A stretch of 56,756 bases of DNA from Prorocentrum cordatum. Its lineage: Eukaryota. A program made the translations under genes and the position numbers. The stretch is from the NCBI GenBank assembly GCA_963575745.1, contig CAUYUJ010000068.1, forward strand, positions 62,001 to 118,756. Reading direction: 5' to 3'. This document shows positions 26,190-37,872 of the stretch, in pieces; within the stretch, counting starts at the first letter, position 1; each line of letters opens with the position of its first letter. Under the pieces are notes generated by a model, which was not told the origin of the DNA, searched no databases, and saw only the letters and a list, made by a program, of their open reading frames with translations.

Positions 26190-26296
26190 TTTTTTGTTTG
26201 ACACGGCCATGACTGACACAGCGTTGGTGCCAGTTAAAAGGACCCCTGGCGGTGACTGAGCGGGACGGGCCGCACGGACACGGAGGGCGCCAGAGG

Positions 26297-29200
26297 TCAA
26301 TCGGAGTCACCAGACTCCGCGGTGCTTACACGAGCAGCTTGCAAGGGAGCCTCGTCCTCCTCTTGGCGAATAGACGTGATCACACGCCTCGACTGCTCTC
26401 GCTCGGACACCTCACCCTCTTCGTGGGGAAAGGCGCCCTGCTCTGCACCTGGCCCTGCTTGTGGGGCAAAAAGAGAAAAAGCTTCAAGAGGGCCCGCAGC
26501 TCCGATGGTGCCAGGCGACGACGACGGGTCGACGACTCGATCACTCTGCTGGGCGCACTCAAGAAGGGGCTCCACCACTGGAGCCTGATCGGCAAAATGC
26601 CTTGGATGCTGGACTTCGCGGTCCCCAGCAGCAGCGACGATGGCCGACGACGAGGACGACGGGTCGACGACAGTATCGTGCTGCTGGGGATCCTCGCCCA
26701 ACGCCTGTAGGTCCTCAGGAGACGCCTCAATCACGACTCCGTCGATTTTGGGATGGCGTCCCTTGAGCACTCGATACTTCCACCGCTCGAAATTGTTCCT
26801 CGTTGGGGCCCTGCAAACCTTAGCAAGCAGCGCGAGGGGGCCCAACGTATATATAGCTTTACACCTAACGCAAATGACAAGCTGAGACCGATCGCTGCAA
26901 TCGAAACTCAACAACCTGTGGCCTCTGGCGGCCACCTGGAGCAACGACTCTGGTACCTTCCCAGTACAACCTCCACTTGAGGGCACGTCGCTCTTACCAA
27001 ATACGAAATCAGGGCTGGGCCGCCGTATCTTGAGGCATACAGCACACCTCCAGTATGACCTATGCCATTCCCATTCGTGCTCAAAAGTTTCAGGGCCAGC
27101 GGGCTTCTGGCGAGGCTCTCTGGGGTTCAAATGGACTCCCGTGAGATCCAGGGCGGGCCGCTTGGGCAGTAAACGGGCCGCAAGCCTGCAAACCGCACGA
27201 GAAACCTTAACTTTCCTGTCTACTTCATCAAGCTCAGCCTTGGAGCCTGTGGGGCGGGCGAGCAGTCCTTGACGTGCGGCGCGATCGGCAGCCTCATTTC
27301 CGAATTTCTCCCTGCGTTGCTGGGCAGTTAAATCAGGACTGTCGGCCACATGCGCTTTTACTTTTCTAACAGCAGACAGGTCACACGAATGGGTCAATAA
27401 CATGGTGCCCGAAAACACTTTCTTATCGGAGAACCTGGCCTCAGGAGGAAGCGCGAAGGTGCTGACCACATTCGCGCAATCCGAAAAACCTTCCGAGGGG
27501 CCTCCAAGGTTCTGTGAAACCATGGCGAGGGCTGCAAACTCTCCAGCTTGGGGGGTCTGAGGGAGCGGAGCCCATATAGGCCCACACACCGAGCAGGTCT
27601 CCTGAGCATCCTGGGTGACCTGTACATAGCCCCACGTGGCCCTACTCAGCTCCTTGATAGGGTGTCTGGTGCAGGACCCGTCCATGAAAATATATCCCTT
27701 GACCTGGCCAGGATATACGACGTCTTCTGTTCCTTCGGGCGTGTGAGTGATAATTCCACCTTGCTGTCGTGGGCGTTGTAGTACATCTCCAGGGTGTTCA
27801 AACAGCCCCTTAGAGAAAAGTAGCGTTTCCTTAGCGTCCGATCGATCGATGCTCCTAGCCTGGGTGATCAATTCGTCATCGTCGATCAAATCCCTCCTAT
27901 CATCGTCGACCGCACTGCACTCCCACAGACGGTGGAAGATCGCGCCACGCGCTCCGCAGCTTAAAGGACACTGAGCTGATGGCAGAGCGTGCCCCAAGTC
28001 GAGCGCACGCTCGTTGGTCCACACAGCTCCGCACACCAACGACTTGATACAACCCTTCTCGTAGTATGTATACCGTGACGAACGAAGCTGACACGATACC
28101 ACATCATAACATACTCGACAAGGTACATCGTGGACTCTACCAGCATCCCTTTCGAGCTGTCTCAAAACTCCATCATGCAACATCTGTTTAATGAGCGCTG
28201 GGGAACAGGTCGTTAAAAATATGTCTTCTCCGAAATCGTTGACCAAGACGCAGAAACTCTTCATGTCCCATTGGATCCTGAGGAGGCTGAGGCGGAGCGC
28301 TGAAAGGGGACCCGTGACCTTCTTCCAGGCGAGCTCTTCTTTGGGGACCCCGTGCGCCGACTCCCAAGCTTCCCTCAAAACTCCGAACGACAAAGTATTA
28401 GGCGAGGATCTAACTTGGTTCGAGAAGACCTCCTTAGCGTAGCGCACCACCGGCGCCACTGATCCATGCCACGACGGATCACCGTGCAACAACAACAAAG
28501 AGGTGAGGGACCTCGCGCCTGCAGACGGCCGTAAGACAGAGCCCACAGCACGACGAGCAGTCGCCAACTCGTGATCAGACTGGCCGTGCACTTCAGCTCC
28601 ATAAAACAGGCCTGCTAGAGGTCCACTCGTGAAAATACTTCGGCAGTGCTTGCCCAGCACCTGCTTGACTCGCTTGAAACGTTTCGTTCTCTTCTTGAAA
28701 ACGGCTGCTCTCTTCTGCTGCTTCTGTCCTCGTCCCTTTCTCCTCCTGCTCTTCCCTGCCGTATCATCGATGCCCAAGTTCACTGCAGATTCCACATAAG
28801 AGGCTCCACCGTACTCGCCTAGAGCTTGCCTGATGGCTTCTCCAGTCTTGTGGGATGAACATTTGCCCGACGCTTTGTCCTGGGCAACTTGTACGCACAT
28901 CTCTTCAGTGAGCCCAACGTATAGCTGTGCCGCCGTGTGAATAATATCATGTGCTACTTGCTTGGGCTTACCTGTGGACGACATGCCATAATCATCGATC
29001 TCTATACATATATATGTCCAAGGACGTGCGGAGCGGGAAAGTGATGCAGTCTACTGTGGGAATTGCGTACGCTCTAATGTAGTGGTCGCCAAAGAACAGC
29101 CTGCGATAACTGCTGAAAAGGCAAAGTGAGGGCCATGCACCATGCTGGCCATCGCCAAGAAGCGTGGGCCCTTGTACGCGGCGGTGCTTACACGGTACAG

Positions 29201-31449
29201 CTGCTTCGGTAACGCTAGCAGCTCGTATCTATCTCCCAGGATGGACAGCACAATGGAGTTCCCAGAGAACCGTGCAGGCCACCGTCTTTTCTTCTTTCTT
29301 GGGCGTTCCCTTGAGACTCTTGGACTGCTTATGGGGCCCAGGACGAACAGCTTTTTCAGACCTCACCGCTTGCCTCCAGACCACGTCCGAAGCTCCCGAG
29401 AAGGGCCCCGCCGCCAAGTACGGGCGCCAATTGGATGCCTCCCAAGACGCCGCAATGGGTCTCCGAAGCTTGCCCCAAAAGCGATAGTGAACAACCCAAT
29501 AGGTCTCCAACCACCTGCAGGTTTGGCTAAAAGCGGAACCACAATCGCGCGGACCTGATTCGGCAGGATGGAGGTCGCCTCCACGACAGAATATATAAAG
29601 ACATCAAGGCCAGCAAACCTTGATCAGCGATGCTGCTGAAGTGGCGCATGTGGAAGCCGTCCACGGAGGTCGCGGACGTGAGCTTATACAGATGCGATAC
29701 TGCCCTCATCTCTGGTGGCGGCACAACATCGAGGGGCTGAATGTACTCAACTTGTTCGGGCAACTCTGGCGTCTTGGAGGCCTTCCAAAGCTTACCAAAC
29801 TTCTGGGCCTCAGAGGCCAACAACGATTTGGGGTCCGCCAGCACAGCCCCTTGGGCCGAGAGGGTGGTGGTGGGTTGCCACGCTGTGGGGAGACGAGTCC
29901 ACGCATGAGCTCTCCCCGCCCCTTTATCAACCCCGTCGCATAACCAGGCCTTCCAAGACTTCTGAGCCTCCGACTTAGCCTTCAAAGAGTACGCCCCTAG
30001 GTCCTCGGAGATCTTATCTAAGATGCTGCAGCCCAAATCTAACTCCCCAAGAACCTCCGAGACCTCGAAGACCTTATCTATGTCCTGAACCTGGATAAAG
30101 CCTTTGATGCTGTCATAAATCTCAGAGAACTCTTCCAAGTGCCGGCCTATGCAGGCCGGAGGATCGGCTAGGCAAGCACGTGCACCACGAAGCTGGCGGA
30201 GCACACGAGAGCGCGCTGGCGTGGGGACTGTCGATGTCGGTCCTGGCGGAACTTGGCTCTCAAAAAGCATATCGGATTGCGGCAACCATGCCGTCGCCCC
30301 AACTTCGGAAGCTGGAGCCTCCGTCGCCGCCGAAACGTCCAGGGCGTGCAGCAGGCTGATAAAAAGACGGGACGTGCTCTCCAACCAGCTCAGCGTGAAC
30401 AGAGCAGGTTGCCTGACATCTTTCCTTTTGTCTACTTCTAAAGCTGACCTCCAAATCAACTTAGGCAACCTGCCCCTTGTACCTAACAGCGGGATGTCGA
30501 CCTGTCGACTGGCAATCAACTCTTTTTCCGCTGTGGTGGCCCAAATCTTGTAGGCCAAATTCATGTGCCTCTGAATCTTATTACGTGGGGCTCCTTCGCG
30601 AACCAGTGAGAGACCGTAAGTGGCGCAACCCAGGGCGTCGTCCCAAGACGGGGGCTCAGGGCAAGGACCTATAGGGCGCTGCGCGGGTATCACTGGAGGC
30701 TTGGAGAACGTGAGGAACTTAATGTCCGCGAGGGTGGGGTAGAACTTAATTTGGACGGGCGTGTGAGTCTTCAGATCGTTCTCCAAAATCACCCTGGTGG
30801 ACTGGATACCTTTCGACAGGCCTCCCGAGACCACCATGTAGTCTAACAGCCTGACCGTGCTCGAGGCCGTCGTTGCACAAGTACCCTTCACTTCTGGATA
30901 CACGATGCAACTGGATAAACTGCCCGCCAAGTCACATTCATGTAGCTCAGCTGGCTCCACGTTGAAGTCGCCTCCGATGATGTGAGGCTTGCGGTTGCTC
31001 TGCGCCGCCGCTCCGATCGTGGCCAAAATCTTGAGGTTCTCAGCGGAGAGCCCCTCGGAATCGCGCAAGTGGGTCGAGATGCAAAGTCTCGATTCACCCC
31101 CGGGAATCTGCACCCAACAACCGACAGCTCTTGCTTTGTATATTTTGTGGCCAGCCTCCAGGTCGTAGCATCCCAGAAACGAACGGACGAAGATCGCCAC
31201 CCCGCCCGAAGCTCCTGAGCCTACTCCAGCCTCAGCCGCCACGAACCGAGACTTCCAGCCTTGCTTGAGGGCCCAGCTGGAGGCCTCTTCAATGTGGTCG
31301 TCGAGGACCAACTTGTGCTCTTGCAGGAAGATAATATGTGTTCCCGAACGTTGCAGCCAGGGTTTAGCCGATCCCCAGGAGGTGACGTTGGCCGTCTCCA
31401 CAACCAACTCAAAACTTTCCAGTCCACAGGGCTGCCTAGACGCAGAAAC
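26297..31449 (-). pseudogene. LINE ORF2 (pol): APE endonuclease - reverse transcriptase - CCHC - RNase H - Cys-rich C terminus; frameshifted
   Basis: APE motifs ETANVT, FLQEHK, GGDFN, LLDYMVV and HTPV (about 31407-30753). RT motifs SVDGF, PLLAKPAGGWRPIGL, VIAGC and disrupted YIDD (about 29720-28700) are split over at least 4 frames. CPLSC...HRLWEC. RNase H motifs IFMDGS, QTPQAGE, FSDC, KVKAH and GNEAAD (about 27700-27265). Confidence 0.93.
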
Positions 31450-31669
31450 TCACCCAAGGGCTCGGAGCCTGGCTCGGGGGGCGGAAAACGGCACAGCCGT
31501 TTTAAAAGCTGGTGCGCCTCTGCAGGGTCTGGCGCACGCCGACTCTCCGCAGGAGGCGCATCTGCACTCGCAAAAAGGTGCCCCCCTGGGGGAGGCTATC
31601 AGATGAGGTAGAAGATGCTGATGCTCAGGCCCACCAGCTGGCCCATCTGGTTGCCGCCCCCCTGCGCGC

Positions 31670-32888
31670 TCATGCGGATGCCGCTGCAGCCTGCTCTGGT
31701 GCAGGGGGAGGTGCCTGGGACGCTGCACGTCGAGCTCGCTCCCTGACGTTCTCGCCCCCTCCAGCAGCCCCAGCTGTGATCGTACACGAAGACCCAGAAG
31801 CTGGAGCTCCTGTCCCTGGAGCTGCCGCCGCTGCGGCTCCCTGTGCTGCGTCTCCTCCACCTGCAGCTTGATCCTCTTCTTCTGCTGCTTTACGTCGTTT
31901 CCTCCCCAACCTTTCCATGTGCTGCGCGTGCTGCTGCTTGATAGTGTCCAACTGGCTGATGATACCGCCGAAGGCTTCCTTGGTGACCCTGGCGATGTGT
32001 GCCTTGAACTCGTTCGTTCTGTCGCGCAGAATCTGCTTGTCGCCTTCTGTGACCACGTACTCGTCCTCAGGCACGCTGAAGATCTCCCCAGCGTCCACGA
32101 ACTCGAGACAGCCCAACTTGCCGTCCACGATATCGCGAAGCTTAAGCCCAGTAGGCTGAAGAGTAACCACCTTCTTATCGCACACTGAGCTGTGTAACTG
32201 GTCCACCAAAGTTTTGTGCTGCGCGTCGGCCTCCTCGGGCTCGCTCGAGAGCTGTTGGACAACTGCGGCCTTCTCGTGGCACCAGGCTCTCCACTTCTCC
32301 AACTTGTCGAATTCGCCGTTGAGCTTCTTCTCGAGGAACTGAACGCGCTGATGGGCTGCGGTGGCCCTCTGCTGGAGCGGCTTCTCCTCGGGCACTTTGT
32401 TGGCCGCGCGGAGCCGCTCCAGCGCGACCTTGTACTGGCTGGCTGCGGCCACATCACCAAAACGATTGGCCAAGGACACCATGCGCTCGAGCTCCTCCTC
32501 GCTGAGCGCCTCCCCAGTCGGGATCGGCTGGGGTCCTGGCTGCAGGGCTGGCGGCCCGTTCACCCAAGCTCCCAAACGGTCGAGCTCGGGATCACTGGGC
32601 TCGGGCCTCGGCGCCTTGCAGTGCTTGCAGAACCAGTAGCTCCCCAAGTTCTTTCCACATAGGCAGTGCCCGCACTTCCAGAAGGTCTGCTGCTGGTTGC
32701 CCTGGCCTCCTTTGCCTCCTTTGCCTCCACCCTTGGCAGAAGTATCTTGGAAGAACTGAGTGTGGCCGCCAGCTCCTTTTTCCATAGCCTTTGTTGCCCT
32801 TGTCGTTCCCCGTGTAACTCCAGCCTGCGTACCATGCGTCATTGCGCTCGTTGGCGCGGCGCTGCCATGGCGGCGTGGCTGGGGCCAT
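31670..32888 (-). pseudogene. LINE ORF1 with RanBP2-type zinc finger and coiled coil
   Basis: WKCGHCLCGKNLGSYWFCKHC, KGGGKGGKG and a helical E/K/Q-rich segment. The probable true start is MAPATPPW at 32888, with a frameshift in the A-run near 32780. Confidence 0.8.
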
Positions 32889-32995
32889 CCTGACGACAGG
32901 AAGGCGGGGATGCTTGCAACTGAATCTGGCTCGCCTGTGCAGCGTGCCGTTTTGAAGTTCGCACAGGCAAGGCCCCCGCTCTCGGGTCTAGCGGT

Positions 32996-33013
32996 CTGGG
33001 CCCAAAACGGCTA
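32996..33013 (-). other. SL-like sequence at the exact 5' end of the LINE
   Basis: TAGCCGTTTTGGGCCCAG versus SL TAGCCATTTTGGCTCAAG, 14/18 ungapped; the first T overlaps the TSD. Confidence 0.6.
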
Positions 33014-33027
33014 GGGGGAGGTGAAGA
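33013..33027. repeat. Target-site duplication, right copy
   Basis: Identical to 26175-26189. Confidence 0.85.
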
Positions 33028-33867
33028 AGGATGACGACGATGATCAGGAGGATGGCGGAGGAGAAGGAGGATAACGCGGGGGCCGAAGGAGGGGCAGTGG
33101 GGAGAGTAGGGGAGAGTAGGCATAAGAACAGGAGAGGATGAAGGAGGCGCAGGGAAAGGATGATGTGGAGGAAGAAGGGGTAGGGGAAGGGGGAAGAGCA
33201 GGGGGGGGATGAGGAGGAGAGGAGGAGACGGAGGATGAGCATACGGAGGAGGCGGAGCGTCCCTCAAGGAGCAGAAGGAGGAGGAGGAGGAGGAGGAGGA
33301 GGAGGAGGAGGAGGAGGAGAGGGAGGGGGATGAGGAAGATGAGGAGGAGGAGCGGAGGAGGAGAAAGGGGAGGAGGAGGAGGAGGAGGAGGAGGAGGAGG
33401 AGGAGGAGGAGGAGGTGGAGGAGGACGAGAAGGGGGAGACGGTGGAGGAGGAGGAGGAGGAGGAGGAGAAGGAACATGGAGGGGACAAGCGGGAGTACGA
33501 GGAGAAGGATCATATTTCCCCTCGCCCTTTCGCATGTTTTTCCTGCTGCTTGTGAGTGTTGTTGGGATCTGGGGAGAGCCTGTGCGCCAGAGGGAGGGAG
33601 AACGATGAGGAGGGGGGAGGTGGAGGAAGAGGAGGAGGAGAAGGGGCATGCTGATCAGGGGGATCTGGATGAGGATGCGGAGGGATGATATCTGGAGAAC
33701 CGACAACCGCGCGGAGCTGTGGGGCCTGAATCTTGTGTGCAGTGTTTTCAGCAGTTTTGGCTTTTGTTTTCCACTGAAATTGTTAGGCAAGCAAGCCCTC
33801 TATCCCAAGTTTTCGATTCTTGTCCGGTTCTGGCCCCCCCCCCTCTCCAGACGCGTGCCAACCCCAG

Positions 33868-33913
33868 GTGATTACCCGTGCAGATTCCCGCAAAGCGTCC
33901 AGCTCATCGAGAG
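33868..33913 (+). CDS. Candidate small exon of an unidentified gene
   Basis: CAG|G acceptor and AG|GTGAGT donor; possible frame DYPCRFPQSVQLIE. Confidence 0.25.
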
Positions 33914-34729
33914 GTGAGTGGGGGACGGTCAGGAGGCGGAGGGCACGATGAAGCACCATCGAATCGGGGGGACTGGCTTGGATGGGAACGTGCGTCGGGC
34001 CGTGCTGCATCGGCATGGATCGGCTGCGCAGGCATGCGCATCCGCGCCACGCAAAAACCGGGCCGCATCGGAGCGTCGGAATAGCTATCGGAATCGAGCC
34101 GGAGTCAAATCGGATCGATGCGGCCAGCATCGATATCGAATCAAATGTGGCAACAGGAGAGAAAGGGGGGGCTGCCTCCGACCGGATGTAGTCCATGTTC
34201 GCGTCGTCATCGCCTAGGGCGAGAATTTCATCCTCATCGACCTCCTCCCTCGTCCTCCTCCTCCGCCTTCTTCCTCCTCCTCCTCGTCCTCCAACCCTCT
34301 TCTGCACATCTCTTCCCTCCTTCAACTCATCCCCTCCCCCCTACCCCGTTACCCTTCGACGTACGTGCGCGTCGACCATGGGCGCCTTGTTACCCGTCGG
34401 CCTGCGGGGGTCTCCGGCTGAGCGGCCTCCGGCGTTCTCCGCTGGTGATTCTCGCGGGAGCCATGTGGTTGCGATGAACGACGAAAGGGCCCGTGTTCGA
34501 ACAGCCAGCAAGCGTGGAGGACACGACTTCCCCGTCGCCAAGCAGCAGCTGCTTGACCTCCTGTGGCGGCACGTTGCGGTGGACATCCACCGGGATGGTC
34601 TTGGTTCTGGTCTGGCGGGCGAGGCCGGGGCTCTCCGATGGGGGCAGGGCAGCACGGGAAACGAGACGAGGGCAAGCTCGAGCTGCCGCACCCTGTGAGT
34701 GACAGCGCCGCTCGCGTACATCCTGCGAA

Positions 34730-34872
34730 ATGCTTAAGAAATCATGGGTTAAGAAATTCATAGTCTCAGAACTTGAATAAAAACCCAACATTTCTGTTAA
34801 CATCTTAAGATTTACATTAAAACGTTAAGAATAATCGAGACTCTGGCCGAAAACTTAAGTTTTCTTAAGCAT
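34730..34872. mobile_element. AT-rich MITE-like element
   Basis: Perfect 12-bp TIR ATGCTTAAGAAA / TTTCTTAAGCAT. Confidence 0.55.
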
Positions 34873-36375
34873 CGCCTAAGGTGTAGGCTCAAACGGCCAC
34901 GGGGCCCCCCGTTTTCGAAATCGGGCCTTGCGGCGACCCACGGCGGCCCGCAGATCTGCTCCGATGCTGAGATTGCCTGCCTGCCGGTGCGAGGTGCTGC
35001 GGGTTCCAAGGTGAGTGCCATCTAGCCGTGCTGCAAGTCTAGACGAACATGATCGGGGGCCAGCTGGAATGACTGTGACATTATACACACACGTTGTCTC
35101 ATCCTCAGAATTAAAATCGGAAGCTCGGTGGCTAGCACGATCCTGGAAATTGCCCTGAACACTGGGGCAAACAAACTCTCGAAAGATGCTGGGGAACTCA
35201 GCGTCCAGATCTTCGCTGGCTGAGCTAGATAGAAGAGTCTCTGCAATGGTGGGAAGACTTGGAAGAAGGAACCCCGTGTTTATGCCAACGGGGCGCCTGC
35301 TCCTCCCAACGTGGCTGTCGAAATCATGCTTGGGACGGAGGGCGAGGATGATGGGAAGAGATGACGCCGTGAAAAGAGACCGAACACGACGACCAGGACA
35401 AGCAGCGCATGCAACAAACAGCGCCGAGAGAAAGGCAGAGGGAGAAAGGAGTGTGAGAAGGAAGAGGAGGACGGCCCGAGTCAGCCCAATCTGCACCAAA
35501 GACGCTGAAATCCGCCCAAACGTCTCCCACCCCCTCCTCATAAGGCCTTACCAGCACTCTGCTTTCGTGCGCGAGTCGCCCCCCCTTGAATGACCAGCAC
35601 CCCAAGGGCTCGAAATTTAGGCGCTCCTTCGAATTACGAAGAATGCGACGAGGTGGGGACGCACAGTTCAGGGAAATGCCTGACGACAGCCCGCTTTGAA
35701 AAGGAACCACCCTCCATCTGCGTAGCTGTTGCAACTTCACTGATGTCGACGAAATCACGCGACGAGTCAAAGGTGGGACCCCCCTTTGAAAGCTTCCCTC
35801 TCTCCACTCGTGACATTGCTGAACAGGTCTATACTGTGATATCATGTGCTCGAGAAGGTCTCGTGCGAGTGCCCCCCGTGTTTTGAAGGAGCCACCCTGC
35901 ATCAGTGAATGCATCCGTTGGGCCTGTTGGGCCTGTCCCAGACGAGCGTGCGCTGCACGAGCGCGATCTAACCCCATTTTGCAAGCAGCCTGCCCTTCCA
36001 CCCGTGCCACGGTTTGAGGCGTGCAGGGCGACTGTGCGCGGCGCCAGGCAGCGAGAGATTGCTCTTGAACACTCGGGGGCGGCCAAGAGGGGGGTGTCCA
36101 AGAGGGGGGGGTGCAAATCATGCCCGGCGGCATGTGCGCAGCCCAAGGGGGGGGCCAGGGACGTAATGAAATAAGAAGAGGCGCCATGAAATCTGGGGAA
36201 AAATCATGGCCCCCGCCATGATATCCACCCCCCCTAGTCAGCACCCCCCTCTTTCCCGCCCCCGAAACACCAACCCGCCCTCCACCCCGTGCGGCTGCCG
36301 GGCAGCATGAAGCCGCTCGTGCAAGCGCGCGAAGGCCAGAGCCCCGCTTTTGAAGAAATGACCCGTTCGACGGCG

Positions 36376-36545
36376 GAGGCCAGTCCACAAGAGACCTTCC
36401 ACAAGAAACCCAACCCCGAGACCCCAAGACGTCCAGGGAGTTTGGGTGTGGGAACGTCACGCCTTCCATGGCAAAGCCATCGAAACACCCCAGAAACCCA
36501 GGGCACCCTGGAGGCAGACGGGGTATTTCTTGGCATGGGGCCCCA
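36376..36545 (+). repeat. Dispersed repeat family F (also about 40247-40412 and 55800-55960)
   Basis: CCAGTCCACAAGA...GAAACCCAACCC.GAGAC...AAACCCAGGGCACCCTG...TTCTTGGCATGGG in three copies. Confidence 0.85.
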
Positions 36546-37794
36546 CCGTGTCCGAGCGGGCCTGTTGGCTTGTTCGCCCGAAGGTGCTATGTTGTACCCT
36601 CGGGGGACCTGGCGTGTCCCGTCGCGGTCCTATCCGCGTCGGGACCGCGTCGAATCCGTGTCGGGCTCGTCGGACCCGTGTCGACGCCGTGTCGAAGCCA
36701 CGTCGAACACGCGCCAGATCCGCGTCGACTCCGCATCGAGCCCGCGTCGGGCACAGGAGAAGACACCAACTTGTTTGGGGACGGGCGAGGCCCCCCGAAC
36801 ACGCAGCGCGAAAGGTGCGCAACGCCGAGGCGAGAGCTCCATCCTGGACACGACGATGAGGAGGAGGAGGAGGAGGAGGAGGAGGAGCAGGAGGAGGAGG
36901 AGCATGAGGAGGAGGAGGAGGAGGAGGAGGAGGTCACCCTCCACCCGTGCGGCTGCTGGACACGTCCAGCTTCGAGGTCGTGCCACGGTGGGGAGGCGGC
37001 GCCCAGGGCGGTCTCCCCGAGAACGGTGGAGGGCTGCCAAGCCGGCTTGATCGGCCGTTGGCCATTCAAGTGGATTGCGCCTGACAGAGCCCAGAGCGCA
37101 AGAGTAATCAGGTGTGCGTTGCATTGAACGGTACAGTCGGGGCGTTGACCTAAGGAACCCTACATAAGGAACGGGGCCCCTTGTTTCCATGAGTTAAGCT
37201 TCGAATTCCGATCGAAGACCTGAGGAAAACCTAAGGCGAGCTGCAAAACAACTAAGGAACACTGAGCCTCTCCCAAACGAAAAGGGCTCCTTCTTCAGCG
37301 CCCCGACTGTATTGAATGGGATTGCATTGGATTGTCGACCACGGATATACCAGCGCTGCTGCTGGATTCAACCTCCCAGGAATTGCATCCCAACAAGGGG
37401 TGAGGACTGATCGGGCGAAACGCCAAGCCCGCCCGGACGACACACCTGGTGGTGCGACAGGGCAGCATCATTCAGAAGGGCGAGCCTCGAGAAGGAGGCG
37501 AGGAGAATGAGGAGGAAGAGGAGATGGCGACGTAATTGAAGGGGCCCCAGGACACACACAAATAAATACACACAAATAAACATATTCCCCATACTTTCCC
37601 CAGATTTTCTGGATTTTGGTCTTCCCCCACTTCCCATATTTTCCCATATTTTCTGGGGAATCGACGATTCATTGTGTCTGTGTGTTTTTTCCCCTCCTGA
37701 GTAATGCAGGCGGTTCCGAGGCCCACGGCTCGCATCGTGCACACGCTGCTCTGCAGGCCTGCGCCCGCGGTCCGCAGGCCGCTGGGGCCCACAG

Positions 37795-37872
37795 GAGGGT
37801 ACTTCCGCACCGGGCCGAAGTTCCAGGCCGAGCAGATCTGGGGCAAGGCTCACCGCGAGCTCTCGACCATCC
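37795..37872 (+). CDS. Candidate exon of an unidentified gene
   Basis: CAG|G acceptor; GYFRTGPKFQAEQIWGKAHRELSTI with almost all third codon positions G/C. Confidence 0.4.

Larger units (their letters stand above)
26190..33012 (-). mobile_element. Full-length, inactivated non-LTR retrotransposon (LINE) with APE, RT and RNase H
   Basis: 15-bp TSD, 3' end ...GTGTCAAACAAAAAA, ORF1 and ORF2 domain motifs, several frameshifts. Confidence 0.95.
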
